DNA of 54,384 bases, filler included, from Jimgerdemannia flammicorona (GCA_003990765.1; 2 parts of 2 records of this genome joined end to end with filler, not necessarily neighbours in it), one strand, 5' to 3'; counted from the first letter of the whole stretch, positions 24,873-38,499 are shown. The notes: generated by a model from the letters alone, not told the origin. Numbers and translations: made by a program.

Positions 24873-26613
24873 TGTAAGCGCACAACCTCCAAGCCACCGA
24901 AATTACATGCGACCTCTGAACAAATCTGGAAATCACCTGCCTGATCACAAAGCTGAGTCAAACCAAAGTCACAGCGCATAAAGCTGAGTCAATACAAAGT
25001 CACAGAACATAAGATCTACACAAACGGAACCTTACTAATCAGGACCAAATGCATATATACTGAGCACCAAGACACATTGAATCAGAGAACCAAAACAACA
25101 ACAACAACTTCCAAACACACAAACATGACCACTGAGATCTACAACTGCATCCGTGCTGACATTTGGAATGCCATTGTCAACCGAGCCACACCCCCTCTGC
25201 CCCTCATGAATATCCATAGTCTGGCACCCCTCTACTTCGTGGAAACCCGATGGAATGCCCTGAACATGCTTAGCGAGGCCCACCGAATAGGACAAATCTC
25301 AAGCTACTACCAGATCAGCTGCCTCTTAGAAGACATGGTCGAACACCACCACGATACAGACATGACCCAGATGTCTCAACACCAGAAGCTCATCGCCTAC
25401 AAACATTGAGAACTCTTCTATGAGTACAATACCTTTATTCCCCGCCTCCGAGTTACTACCAGCGAAATGGTTGCTATCCTGTCCTACGGCCAAATTGATG
25501 ACATGATACAAGAAATCAACCACAAGTACCTCGAGTATGTCGAAACCATAGACAGAACCTTCCTGCACCCCGACGACCATATCCTGCAAATGCCTCAAGT
25601 CGGATACGCCATGAAGGATGTCTACGATATAATCCACTTCGATGAAGATGAAGCAGAAGACAACGACCCCTCTGATGCCGACATGACCTCTAGCCAAGGA
25701 TCTCTGCCAACCCTGATCACTCCGCCAACCTTGCCGATGAACTTACAACAGTTCATAACTGCATATGAGACTTATTGGGACAATGACCACTGGCATGAAT
25801 ACCAACCTGCGTTCACCCCCGATTACTTCAATTACAATGAAGAGACTGGAGAACACAACCTGTACCTTCAGACAATCCTCGAGATCGAACCAACCACTCC
25901 ACTACCCGAGTACGAGCAACATGAACCACAGCCGCCAGCATACTATAACCCCGCAACTCATAGTGCCGTAACCTATAGAAGGTATGCAGACAGCGAATCC
26001 GATGAAAGCGAAGACAGTACACCCATCCTTCGCCCAGCAATACCTTATCTAGCATACGAAACAGATGATACTATCCTGTGGGACGGAGATGAAGTCCCAA
26101 TGTATTACTACCTCAGCCAACAAGAAGAAGTAATCCACGAACCATTATTCCTAGATGACTACTTCATCAGAGATGATGCAATCGATGGTGATGTCATCGA
26201 GGACTACCCAGATAGTGCCTAAACCTTTAAATAGTCTAGCAGTCATAGTATAGATAGATTAGTCTTGTACGACATGACTGTGAACTGACTCAGCAGTCAG
26301 ACGATCTCTTGACATGTCAGATCACACTTGTACTACGTGACTGCATTCCGACTCAGCAAGGCACTTAGTGCTATATCCATATTCAGCATAGTCCAGATAG
26401 CCCCTCACTAGTATAAATACCCCCTCCCCCAGACCTCAGAATCTCAGACTCAAACACACAAGAACATTCTTGAATACTTCCCTACAATATCCCTTCACAC
26501 AAATACTCCTAGTATAGCAATACCATGAATAGCAAATAAACCTATTCCATAACCCACAAACCACTCTTAAGTAAATCTGCTCTCTGTTAGGTCCTACTCC
26601 TAACCCCGTCACA
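24873..26613 (+). mobile_element. Putative long LTR (1741 bp) of a third, younger element inserted in LINE ORF1
   Basis: Abrupt switch to CpG-containing DNA at TGTAAG (24873). TATAAATA at 26412-26419, AATAAA at 26535-26540, ends GTCACA (26613). The partner LTR and TSD are not visible because of the gap, and no canonical PBS was found. Confidence 0.5.
25125..26222 (+). pseudogene. 365-codon acidic (D/E/Y/P-rich) ORF with one in-frame TGA at 25407-25409
   Basis: Track ORFs 25077-25409 and 25467-26222 are in the same frame and the 19 codons between them are open. ATG at 25125 (AAACATG). The stop is compatible with CGA->TGA. No family recognised. Confidence 0.7.
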
Positions 26614-27147
26614 AAATTTCCTAATTGGGTATTGTCTGCAGCGATATACCAATTCAACTAAGCTGGTCTTAGTTTCTTGAACTTCCTGAAATACGGAAAA
26701 TCCTGAACATCCAGAACTAGTCCGAAAAAGGACTTTGGTTGAGACGTCAACCCGATCTAGAAATCAATAAGCATAGAGGATGTACTCCATATGAAATTGA
26801 TCTGGACCATAAGAAAACAGTCTTCCAGAATATCCAGAACTTTCAGAAAACCCTTCCAGAACTACGTAACGGTTACCCTAAAAAGCAACCTTCTTACAAC
26901 TTGGTAGCAGTAGTTTACAATCCAATTCCGCTTCAAGACGCTTCCTCACCCCGCTACAAACCCCTCTGTGAATTCCTACAAGTTGGTATAAAGTCCAACC
27001 TCTGAACTGAAATTAATCCGAACCATCTGACAATCTGGAGAGAATTGAACCTGACGTACAAGGACAATTTGACCTCCACACCTGCAACAAGTGGGACAAA
27101 CTTCATTCAAAGAAAGAAGTACTCCGATTAAACCAGCAAATAGGCGA

Positions 27148-27247
27148 NNNNNNNNNNNNNNNNNNNNNNNNNNNNNNNNNNNNNNNNNNNNTTAATTAAT
27201 TAANNNNNNNNNNNNNNNNNNNNNNNNNNNNNNNNNNNNNNNNNNNN
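27148..27247. other. Assembly spacer: 44 N + TTAATTAATTAA + 44 N
   Basis: Symmetric 100-bp gap with an all-frame stop linker; artificial. Confidence 0.97.
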
Positions 27248-27478
27248 CTCTGCCCCCTCCTCCACCCCTCCCTCCCACCAGCAAGCCCCTCATACTTCCC
27301 CCCAGGCCTGGGCCTCTCCCCACTTGCTGCCATTCGAATGCTCCAGGGCCACCCTGCCCAGTACACGCCTCTGGATGCTTGTTGGTTGCCATGATACTAG
27401 TAGTTTTTCTCTAGAAACTGTGTTGAAAGTGTTGCCAGAAGGTTGTGTAACCTGAATGTTACTGGAGAAAGATGGTAC
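27248..27478 (-). mobile_element. Probable 5' UTR and ORF1 start of an L1/Tx1-like LINE
   Basis: ATG at 27392 opens a Gly/Arg-rich ORF (MATNKHPEACTGQGGPG...GGRGGGGGR). Same strand and C-rich + strand composition as the LINE at 20123-24872. Abuts the truncated gag of Gypsy E. Confidence 0.45.
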
Positions 27479-29823
27479 TGACTAAGATGTCTTCTTTATC
27501 TTCTTTCTTATTATGATCACTCCAGGTAGTTTCTTGTCTAACATTAAAGAATTCTTGGGCTGCATCTACTTGTTCTTCAGACCTTCTGATACCTAGAGTT
27601 TGGACATGCTGGGCAATGTTTGGGGGAATTCCATTCATGAAGATCATTAGACCTATTATGTCCTGATTGGTGGCATTGAATCTGGCAGCATGTATTCTTT
27701 CAGAATTCTTGTGAAGAAGGCTCTGAATAATTCTCTAAGATTCATCTTCATCTCTATAATAGATTCTTGAGCCTTGTAGTGGGTTTCATTTCCTGCATAT
27801 TTTTCAATGAGCCAGTGGACCATGGCCATATATTCTAGCTCATAGGATGCTGCTGCTTGTATTTGTCTCACTAGTTCTGAATGTAGGTCATTTGCTGTTT
27901 GGTGGAAAATTCCTCTGGCTGGTTCTCTGAGCTGGGCCTTGTAGATGGCAATTTTTCTTTCATCTGAGAGATTCCTCAGGGCTGCAATTCCTTCAATTCC
28001 ATCAAGAAATTCTCTGGGGTCTTCCTCCAGATATCCTGCAAAGATTGGTAATGAGGTGGCCATTTTATTATCACTTTCTTCTGATTCTGGTTCTGGTCTA
28101 GATTCTGATTCAGATTCTGACTCTGATTTGCTTTCTGAACTGTCACTAGAGATGGGAGTGCTTGGATATCTTGAGAATGGTATTCTGGACCTTGGACAAA
28201 GTAGAATGAGCCTAGGTATTCTTATAGGAGCTACTTTCAATTCTGCAAGGGCTGGTGGGGGGTGTCTGGCTGTAAGATCTCAGACTTATATAATGAGATC
28301 TTCTAGTTTTTGTACAAGTTCTTCAAGTTATCCAGCAGGGCTGCCTGTGTTGTCTGATTGATCTACTTGGGGATTTCTGGCTATATTGGCTTCTGGTTGG
28401 GATTTTTCTAATGCTGGATAGTTGACAAGTCTTGAGGTAATTACTTCTCTTCCTGTCCAGATGCTGGTGATAACTGGTTCTCCTGTAGTAGCAGAGATTG
28501 GTGTTGTATCAAATGTATCCAGTTCAACTGTGAGTTCTTATGAGCTGAAAAGTTATATCAATTTGAAATATTTCCAGTTGAGCCCCCCAAATATAATGTG
28601 CCTAGCTCAATGGAGGTAAATTACAAGGTTGGGGGTTAGTGTAGTTTGGCTTGAGCCCCCAGTTACTTTGTCAAAAAGCAACCAAATGTTCTAAGATTCC
28701 TGAGGTTCTTAGTGTTTAGTAGTATAATAGTCAATCTATATAAAGTAGTAGTTCCTCTGTTCACATAGTAGTCAATTTATGTAGATTTTCTTATTGAGAT
28801 AGTTCTCTAGATATAGTGGCAATTTGTGTGTGAATGGGTTTCCTTCTTGGGTCAACTGGGAATTGATAGAATTTTGTATATAGCATGATAATCTTGTGTA
28901 GCACAATGATCCCTTGTGTGGCATAGTGGGTTTCCTTATATGAAGTGAAGTTTTTTTATACAGTTTTGGCAAATGACTTGGTTTGGTACAGATTTTCCTA
29001 AATTAGCAGTTTGGGAATAGGAGATGACATGGATTCTTCCCGAATCAGCAGTTCTCTGGAAATAATAGCTCAGGTTCTTGATAAGTTATGTTAAGACTGG
29101 CTTTGTTTACATAGAGTTATATTGGTAGACTGGCTCTACTACAAAGTTGTATCAATAGACTGACTTATGGCAAGAATAGTGGAATGTGGGTTTCTCTTTA
29201 GGCTTATCTGGCAAGTGAACCAAAAACATAGCAGCTTATTTCTTAAGTAGTGGACTTCTCTTCAAAGGCAGTGAAGTTCTTCCTTGAACTTGACAGCAAA
29301 CTTCAGGCTTATCTGGCAAGTGAACTAAGGCTTTGTATCAGAAAGTGAACCAGAGTGGGAAAGGGGCAAAGCTTACAATCTCCTAGTAGTGGCTATAGAG
29401 CAGGTATTTCTTCTAAGTATTGCAATCCTTCCTAGATCAAGTAGCTTTTGGCAGGCATATATCTTGAAGTATAGTAGACAGACTTGTCTTTTGCTTTATA
29501 TTTCAGAACTGAGGTTTATTCACTCTTGTCTCTGGGGTATTTTATATATTATAGTTGCTAACTGGTTACTATATGGCTAACTATAGATTTGCTATTTATG
29601 GTAAGTTGTACAGATCTAGTACAAGTATACAGGTCTGGCACAGGTATGCAGGTCCTATACAGATATACTTTATTTGGTAGTCTGGCTATTTATATAGTTT
29701 TCCATAGCAATGGTTGCTGTGTCTGATTACTATGCTATGTATTCATGTCATCTGGCTAAGTTACTAATTGTTCACATTATCTAGCTGAGTTATAATTTGA
29801 GTGATATGTTTTGGTTTGTCACA
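27479..29823 (-). mobile_element. Partial Gypsy copy E: 5' LTR (28592-29823), PBS and gag 5' half
   Basis: LTR TATAAT...GTCACA homologous to the A/B/D LTRs. PBS at ~28573-28591. Gag MATSLPIFAGYLEEDPREFLDGIEGIAALRNLSDERK; truncated at ~27479. Confidence 0.9.
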
Positions 29824-30009
29824 ATAAAATAATCTATTAGTAAGAGCTGTCATACCTATAAGTCAAAGTTATATATAAATACTATTAGGATATATTATAT
29901 ATAATTTGAATATTAAAACTAATTATTATAGTACTGATATAATATATTTTCTATTTGTATAATATTAAATTAATCTAAAAATATATTAAATATATTAAAT
30001 AAGATATAT

Positions 30010-30451
30010 TGTAATAGTAGATCTAAATTAGAAAGTATAATCAGAGAATAGACATTTGATTATAATATCTGAATCTGAATTATAATATATAGTTAGCAGT
30101 TACTTAATCTCTCAGTTATATAATTTGTATAGCTATATAAAACTCATAATTATATAGATCATATGATATACAGATCTCTCAACTGTAAAAAATAACTTAT
30201 AGGAAAATAAGTCTTAAATTAGCTACTATATAGCTAGTAAACTTATATATATAAATATCTCTAGTATTTAAAGTAAATAAACTATATATCAAAATAGTTC
30301 AAGAAAAGAGATAAAGAACTAGTAAATCTGTAGGTAAATATACTTCAAACTTACTCACCCCTCTACCTAAGGTCACTGAGGAGTCAAAGATCAAGTATTC
30401 AAGATATAGAAATCTATTATACTTTTGCTAGTATATATCTGCTATATTATA
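30010..30451 (+). repeat. LTR related to the small-element family (element C), followed by a PBS-like leader
   Basis: Reverse-complement similarity to 45517-45887. Followed by ATTTAGTGTCCATTAGTTGGTAATTTAAGATGAAT, as in element C. Confidence 0.6.
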
Positions 30452-30789
30452 ATTTAGTGTCCATTAGTTGGTAATTTAAGATGAATCTCTCACTTTTAAG
30501 CTAAATAACAAACAACCACTACCACCTGAGTATATACTCAAATTAAATCAAAACACCCAGATAAAATAAATATAAGATTATCAGTATTCTATAGATATAT
30601 CTTAGATGAATCAATCATTATCTTTCTTGATAATTTTGAGCAATATATATATATCACAGATTGACAAATTATATATTATAGAATGGCTTCCAGACTTAAT
30701 AAGTATGGGTAATAGATTATATAAGTTATTCATTATTTAGCTTGAAAGTGAGAGATTCATCTTAAATTACCAGCCAATGGGCACTAAGT

Positions 30790-31190
30790 TATAATATAAC
30801 AGATATATAACTAGAGAAATGCAGCAGATTTCTATTACTCTTCTTGACTCCTCAAAGTTATAAGTGGTATCTGTCTGATCTTATCAGACTACCAGAGTGA
30901 GGCTTAAACTCTTTTAACCTAAGATTTATTCACTCTAGATACTGGGATATTTATACAAGTTTGCTAGCTATGTATAAGATAGCTAAGTTATGACTATATT
31001 TTCTATAAGTCACTCTTTATAAGTATGAATTCTCTATATCTGTAAAATCTCTATATTTGTAAAGTTTCTATATTAGTGAAAGTAATAATAGTTTTACTAA
31101 TAATATTTTAGATATAATATCTACAGTAAAGATAATTTCTATACTATAATAAATTCTATTTTCTATTTCTATTTCATACTATATATTATA
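30790..31190 (-). repeat. Second family-C-like LTR with PBS-like leader, opposite orientation
   Basis: CCAGCCAATGGGCACTAAGT|TATAATATAACAGAT and GATTTATTCACTCTAG...GCTAAGTTATGACTATATTT are shared with 45497-45710. Confidence 0.65.
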
Positions 31191-31965
31191 ATATAAGAAT
31201 AAGTCCCTTGAGTAGCTATAGTTATAGAAGAAGAGTGATATTATTACTTCTGCTATAAAGAAATTATAATTTCTCAATCATAGTATAACTAAGCAAAAGA
31301 ACAATTGAAAGACTTCTTGATATATATATATATATATATCAAGTCTCTAAGTAGTATCTTATTATCTAAGTTATCTAAGAATAAGCTTGAGATAGTAATA
31401 AGTATTATTATATTAACTTATAAATTAATCTGATGGATAATAGACTAAAAGATATATAATATAAACTCAAGATACTATCTCTATTATAATTAGTACTATT
31501 GTTAGACAAATTAAAAGATAAACTACTTACTTTAAAAAATATAAATATCAGAAACTCTCTTCTAAAATTATTAAAATAAGAAAATTCTCCAGGACTATAA
31601 ATTTAAAATATAGAGAAAAAAAAGAAATAGTATTATTTTAAAATATCTGATCTTATAGCTAAGGCTGTAGAAGTATAAGCAATCTAAGGCTAAAAAACTA
31701 AAAAAAAAAAGATATCTTTAAATCTGAAGAACTCTCTGAGCTAGTCTCTTAGAATGATCCATATTATATATTATCAGAAGATAAAGATAATATACTCTAA
31801 GATACTGAAGTAGAACCAAATATAGCAACTATTATTTTAAGATAGAAAATAAATCAGAAAAGAGTCTTTTTAGTAGAAAGTTATTAATACTAAGTATAGA
31901 GATTGAGTTCAGTGTTGAGTTTAGAGATTAGGTTTAGAATCAGATTAAGAGTAAACAATAGTTTA

Positions 31966-32165
31966 GATTAAAGATAGATTATGTTTTTTCTTAGGTCAGA
32001 TTAAAGATAAGTTATATTTTTTCTCAAATTGAGTTAAAGATAGATCATATTTTTTCTAAGATTGAGTTAAAAATAGGTTATATTTTTTTTCAGATTAGAT
32101 CAAAGATGGGTCATGTTTTTTCTCAGATCAGATTAAAGATAGATTATATATTATCTCAGATTAGC
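31966..32165. repeat. 33-bp tandem repeat, ~6 units (AGATTAAAGATAGATTATGTTTTTTCTTAGGTC-like)
   Basis: Seen directly. Confidence 0.85.
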
Positions 32166-32224
32166 TATTTTTCAGATTAGGTTTTGAGTTTATTAAGTTG
32201 GGTTTGTAGAGTACTATGTATACT

Positions 32225-33612
32225 TTTTCCTATAATAGAAAGAGATATTTTATTATATTTATTGATAATTATATATATAAAGTATATATATACTTTCTAT
32301 TAGTAAAGAGTGAAGTCTTAGACAAATTCAAAGAAAGCAATTACTAAGAATAATACAGAATATAGAGTATATACTATATACTCAGGTAATGAATATAAAT
32401 ATATCAATAATATATTTAAGCAGTTTCTGAAAAAATATAGTATATATTATCAAATAATAGTTTCTTATATATTTTAATAAAATAGTATAGCCAAGTGATT
32501 TAACTATACTAGTATATGATAATTAATATAGATAACTTAAAATACTTCTATTAGGCTGAATATATCAATATAGTAGTATATATCTGCAACTATTATATAT
32601 CTCAAGTATTGAGTAAGAAATCTAACATTAGTGACAAATATTCCAGAGATAATAATTTAACTTCTGAGAAATTATAAAGTAAAGTTAAGTCCAATATATC
32701 ATATATATATATTTAAATGTAATATATATATATATCCTTAATAAAAGCAATACTAATTAATATATATTTAAGCTAAAAGCTAGCAAACATATATTCCTTA
32801 GATATTCTGATAAGATATATAGGCTCTGAAATATTAAAAAATAGTATATAATCATTTTGTATAATATATAGTTTAGAGAAAAAGAAAATCAAGAATTATA
32901 CATTAATGTATCTATCAGAACTTCTACATCTCAACCAGTATAACAGCCAATACCAGTTTTCCAACTAATATCTACTTCTCTAGTAGTAAATTAAAATTAT
33001 TTTCAACCACTATATATATTTAAACTAAGAATAATAGAGATCAAAGATGAAAATTACAGTGAACCCTCTAGTAATGAGAGATCTATAAAGGGTAAATAAA
33101 TGTAAAAGCACTCTAATATTTATCAAGAGACTTATTCTGATTTAGAAAACTATTAAAATATATCAGTAGGTCCCAAATACTGATAAGAATATAAGGACTA
33201 CATAAGCTATACTAATAAATATGGTATATATATATATATTATAACTTCTGATATGCCAAATATATACAATAAGGCTGTAACTAGTTCTGATAGTGAGAAA
33301 TAGAAGTAAGCTATAAATGAAGAATATGATTCACTTATCTGGAATAGTATATGGGATTTAGTATCTCTTCTGTCAAATTACTAAATAATTAGATCAAAGT
33401 GAGTCTATAAAATTAAGCAGAAGTATAGAGTAATATAAAACTCATTTTATTACCAAGAGATATTTGTATAGATTATAATAAAACCTTTTTTCTCATATTT
33501 AAGCTTACTTTGCTAAGAATACTTTTTATAATTAATGTACTATATGATCTAGAAATTCACCAGATAGATGTTAAGACAGTCTTTCTCAATTATGATATAG
33601 ATACTAAGCTAT
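32225..33612 (+). mobile_element. Degenerate Copia integrase-RT remnant (Copia host 2, left part)
   Basis: Translates FIIFIDNY...KSEVLDKFK, EK*K*AINEEYDSLIWNSIWDLV, SK*VYKIK and HQIDVKTVFLNYDID. Confidence 0.9.
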
Positions 33613-34760
33613 TGTGAAAAACCAAAACATACCACCCAAATTATAACTTAGTCGGATGATATGAATATATAGTATAGTAATTAGATACAGTAACCATTGC
33701 TGCAGAAAACTATATAAATAGTCAGACTACTAGATAAGGTATACCTGTATACCTATGCTGAACCAGTATACCTGTGCTGAACCAGTACATCTGTGCTAAA
33801 CAAGTATATTTATACTGAACTAGCACATCTGTCATAAATAGAAATCTATAATTAGCAATATCATAACCAGATAGTAACCACAATGTATAAAATATTCCAG
33901 AGACAAGAGTGAATAAACCTTAGTCTGAATTTGAATTCAAAAGCAAAAGACAAGTCTGCCTACCACACTTTGAGAGGAACTCTATAGCTACTGCTAGGAG
34001 ATTGTGAACAAAGCATTCCTTTTCTACTCTGGTCTACTTTCTGATATAAAGAAGAGTCTGTTACATTTTTGGTTTACTTATCAGATAAGCCTGAAGAAAT
34101 CTGCCAAGTTTAAGGAAGAACTTTGCCACTATTTGAGTTATTCACTATTCCCAGAGAACTCTTAAGAAATCTTGCTACAAGCCAGTCTCTTGACACAACT
34201 TTGCAATAGAGCCAGTCTATGACATAACTCTATGCAAATGAAGTGAGTCTTTGATGTAACTTGCTAAAAATCTGTGTTATCTATGCTATCTGCTGTTTTC
34301 AAGTTATTTACTATATTCTCAGAAGAATCCTGCTGATTCAGGAAGAATTTGCGATATCTGAGTTATTCAAGTTATTGAATTATCCACCTTCCAAGTTATC
34401 TGAGTTATCTCTGTCATCTGAGTTATTTATCCATTCCTAGTGAGAAGAATCTACTACTAGTATAATTCCCAGTAAGCCTGATTCAGGAGAATCTATACCA
34501 AATTAAGTTATCCACCAAATTGCCAGACTATCATGCATAAGGAGATCATTATACTATATCAAATTACCCATGCCACACAAATCACTGCTATACCCAAGAA
34601 CCATCCTAATAAGAAAATTGACTATTGTATCTAGATTGACTATTATACTACTAAATATCAAGAATATTTTGTTGCTTTTAACAAAGTAACTGGGGGCTCA
34701 AGCCAAACTACACCAAACTCCAATCTTGTAATTTGCCTCTATTGAGCCAGGTACATTACA
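33613..34760 (+). repeat. 5' LTR of Gypsy B
   Basis: TGTGAA...ATTACA. TATAAATA at ~33713 and AATAAA at ~33912, implying a short U3 and long U5. Confidence 0.92.
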
Positions 34761-37700
34761 TTTGGGGGCTCAACTGGGAAGATTTCAAAAATTAATATGA
34801 CTTTTCAGCTCACAAGAACCCACAGTCAAACTGGATACATTTGATACAATACGAATCTCTACTACTACAGGTGAACCAGTCATTACCAGCATTTAGACAG
34901 AAAGAGAAGTAATAACTTTAAGACTTACCAACTACACAGCATCAGAAGGATCTCAACCAGAATCAGAAGCTAGTATAGCTTGAAATTCCTAACCAGATCA
35001 ACCAGATAACACAGGTGGTCCTGCTAGAAATTTTGAAGAGCTTATCCAAGAACTAGAAGATCTTATTGCACAAACTTGAAATCATACAGCCAGATACCCC
35101 ATAGCAGTTTCACCAATCTCACTCATTGAATCTTTACCACCAGCTCTTACAAAATTGGAAGTAGCTCCTTCAAGAATACCTAGGCTCATTATACTTTGCC
35201 AAGGTCCAGAACACTATCCTCAAGATATCCAAGTACTCCAATCTCTAGTAATAGTTCAGAAAGTAAATCAGAGTCAGAATCTAAATCAGAATCTGGACCA
35301 GAACCAGAATCAGAAGAAATTGATAACAAAATGGCCACCTCACTACCAACCTTTACAGGATATTCAGAAGAAGATCCTAGAGAATTCCTTAATGGAATTG
35401 AGGGAATCGCAGCCCTGAGAAATCTCTCAGATGAAAGAAAATCACCATCTACAAAGTCCAGCTTAGAGAACTAGTCAGAGGAATTTTCCACCAAACAATA
35501 AATGACCCACACTCAGAACTAGTAGCACAAATATAAGCAGCAGCATCCTATGAGTTGGAATATATAGCCATGGTCCACTGACTCATTGAAAAATATACAG
35601 GAAATGAAACCCACCATAAGGCTCAATAATCCATCATGGGGATGAAGATAAACCTTGGAGAATCACCCAGAGCATTCTTTATAAGAATCCAGAAGAGAAT
35701 GCATGCAGCTGGATTCAATGCCACCAATTAAGACATCATAGGTCCAATGATCTTCATGAATAGAATTCCTCCAAACATTGCCCAATATATCTGCACCCTA
35801 GGTATCAGAAGGTCCAAAGAGTAAGTAGATACAGCCCAAGGATTCTTGATATCAGATAAAGAACTATCTGGAGTGACTATGATAAGAAGAATGATAAAGA
35901 AGACATCCTGGTTAAAGCCCTATAAGGACTCCTTCAAGGACAAGAAAGATCTAAAGAAAGAAGGCCAGCCAAGGAAGAAAAGAAGGATAGGAGTAAAATC
36001 CAAGATCTTAGTTCCAAGTTGGACCAATTGGTTGAACATATTGAAAAACTCACTATATGTAAAAATCGGAATTATCAAGACAACAGAGGATATCTACCTC
36101 AGAGGAGCCAAGATTATCCACTAAGAGATAACAGGAGCTACCAGTAAGAGGAAAGAAGATACTCTGCCTGAGACAGAGCCCAAGTCTAATGCTTCTACTG
36201 TGGACAATTTGGATACTATATCACTGAATGTGATAACAAAAGAAGTGACTGAAGGGACTCAGAACCACCAAACTGAAGGAATGATACTCAGTATAAGAAG
36301 ACTGAAGCCCATCCTATTGAAGATTTTGAAGAAGTAAGCAACACTAAAGACTATAGTGACCTAGACTTATACCCTGCCAAGGTTACCACCCGAAAAACAG
36401 TCTACCCAGCAGAGAAAAGAAAGAGACCTGTAGGAAGGCCATCTAGGAATATTAGCAGAAGAATTCTCTAAGAAGAAGATGAAGAAGATGAAGAAGAACA
36501 AGTAGAAATACCTCTCCAGACTCCCTCACCTTTTGTCCTCAAGACAAATGAGCTGCTACCAGAGAATGAAGAAATGGAGCAAGAAGAATGGGAACCTACT
36601 ACCCCAAAGTCTAAAAAGAAGTATACCCCAAAGATCATGCCTAGAGACATCTACAATTAAGCCTGGCAGAAGATTCAAGAAGCTAAGCTGGAAGTCTCTC
36701 TCCTGTAGTTTCTATAACTAATACTAGCAAGAGTCCAAAACAAATTGCTGAGGACTACTAGGTCTAGCACTGACTGGGTCTCCATTCCACAGCAAGAGCC
36801 AGCCCCCACACCCATCTAGGCTACAGAAAGATATGTTAGCACCTACCTACATAGAGATATTGAAGGATAAAAGGTGAAAATCCTCATAGACACAAGAGCA
36901 GCAGTCTGTGTTATTGCTAAACAATTCATGGATACCCTCTAATGGCCCATTGATGGACCATCCAACCTCAGTGTCCTAGTAGCAGATGGAGCCTGAACTC
37001 AACCTCTTGGAGAAGTACAAAATATCACCATCTCTCTTAGACACATTAAGTTCTCTATCCCAAAAGCTATTATCACTGAAGCTATTACCTATAATATGAT
37101 CCTTGACACCAACTGGATGAAAGAAATGAATGCAGTTGTTGATATTAATCAACAAGTACTCAAGTTTGACTATTAAGACAAGAAGTACAGAGTTAAGGTG
37201 ACCAGCTATGAGCAATCAAAGAAGAAGAAGAAGGTCACCATCTAGAAGGAATATGCCAGTAATAAAGTATCTATCACAGAAGAGAAAGAAGAATCCAAAG
37301 ATAGAAATGATCCCAGACTCAATCCCCAGATCAGCCTAGTAGATGATAGGCCAGAATATAATATATGGGCCAAGAATACTATCCCCATTACCATTGGAGC
37401 CATTGCAGGAGAAATCAAAGAATGCCCTATCTGCCTCAAGAGACATAAGTGCCTCAAGCACTCCTCCAAGATCATTGGGACAAGGAATTCACCTGGTATA
37501 GCCTGCCCTGAGTACAGAAGAAAGAAGAAGAAATGTAGACATATCTCAGAGATACCTGCAGCTAAAGCTGCAGAAGTATAAGCAATTTGGGATCAAGAAT
37601 CATCTGAGAAAAAAGAAACTCCTAAACAGGAGGTTCTTAAACAAGAAATATCTGAGGAAGAAGAAGTCCCCAAACTCATTCCTTGGGATGACTCTTGTTG

Positions 37701-38499
37701 GATACCACCTGAACGTAATGACCCTTGGAATATAAAAGAAGGATCCAGCACAATTCCCATTATTTCCAAGAAAGAAACTCACCAAGAAAGGGCTTTTTGG
37801 CTAAGAAGATGTCCATACTAAATAGTCTTTCACTCTCCCTGAGACTACTGCTATCTGTGCCATCTACTAGATCAGCAAGAAAGACAGAGACCCTAAAGAC
37901 CAGAACCCCCAACTATAGTTGCACAGTCAACTATCTTCTAAGAAGTTACCACTAAGTTGCAAAGTCAATTTAGAGAATAAGATCTCTTCACCTGAACAGA
38001 AGTATATCCCTTATCTACTCTTCCTCCAACTTATGATCAAGATGGATACTAATTCCTGAGACAATAAGAAATTAATAATCAGAAACAGCATTTCTGAGCA
38101 ATATGATATTGTAATCATGGAAGACACTCAGATTGTGACTGCAGACATCAGAAGATTTATCTCAGTCATGATGTTGTGATCCACATCTTGAAGAGAGGAG
38201 ATAACAGAGGCCAGATCTGAAAAAGTCAGATTAAGAGGCTAAGAAGAAGAATTCTTAAGATCTATGATTTAGGAGAAGACATCCTAGCTCTTATCAGACA
38301 TGCAACTCACCAAGGATAGGTAGAAGATATCATCAACTTCATAGAAGTCCTAGACCCTATAGGAAGAAGAGGAATTAACTATCTCCAAGACTCCTCTACT
38401 GAAGCCAGATGGCCACACCTCAACCTCAGAGCCTAGAGGCTCTCTGCCAGTAGAGCCTCAGTCTAAGAATAGCCCAAACTCAGTAAGAATGTTGTCCAG

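Noticed and set aside
24317..24979. 220-aa ORF on the - strand
   Set aside because: Chimeric read-through from the inserted LTR-like sequence into LINE ORF1 at 24872/24873.
26614..27147. PBS or gag start for the third LTR-like element; imperfect hairpin at ~26623-26654
   Set aside because: No TGG-initiated PBS next to the CA end and no recognisable gag before the gap, so it cannot be supported.
27192..27203. Palindromic TTAATTAATTAA at the window centre
   Set aside because: Flanked by exactly 44 N on each side. It is an artificial scaffold linker, not biology.
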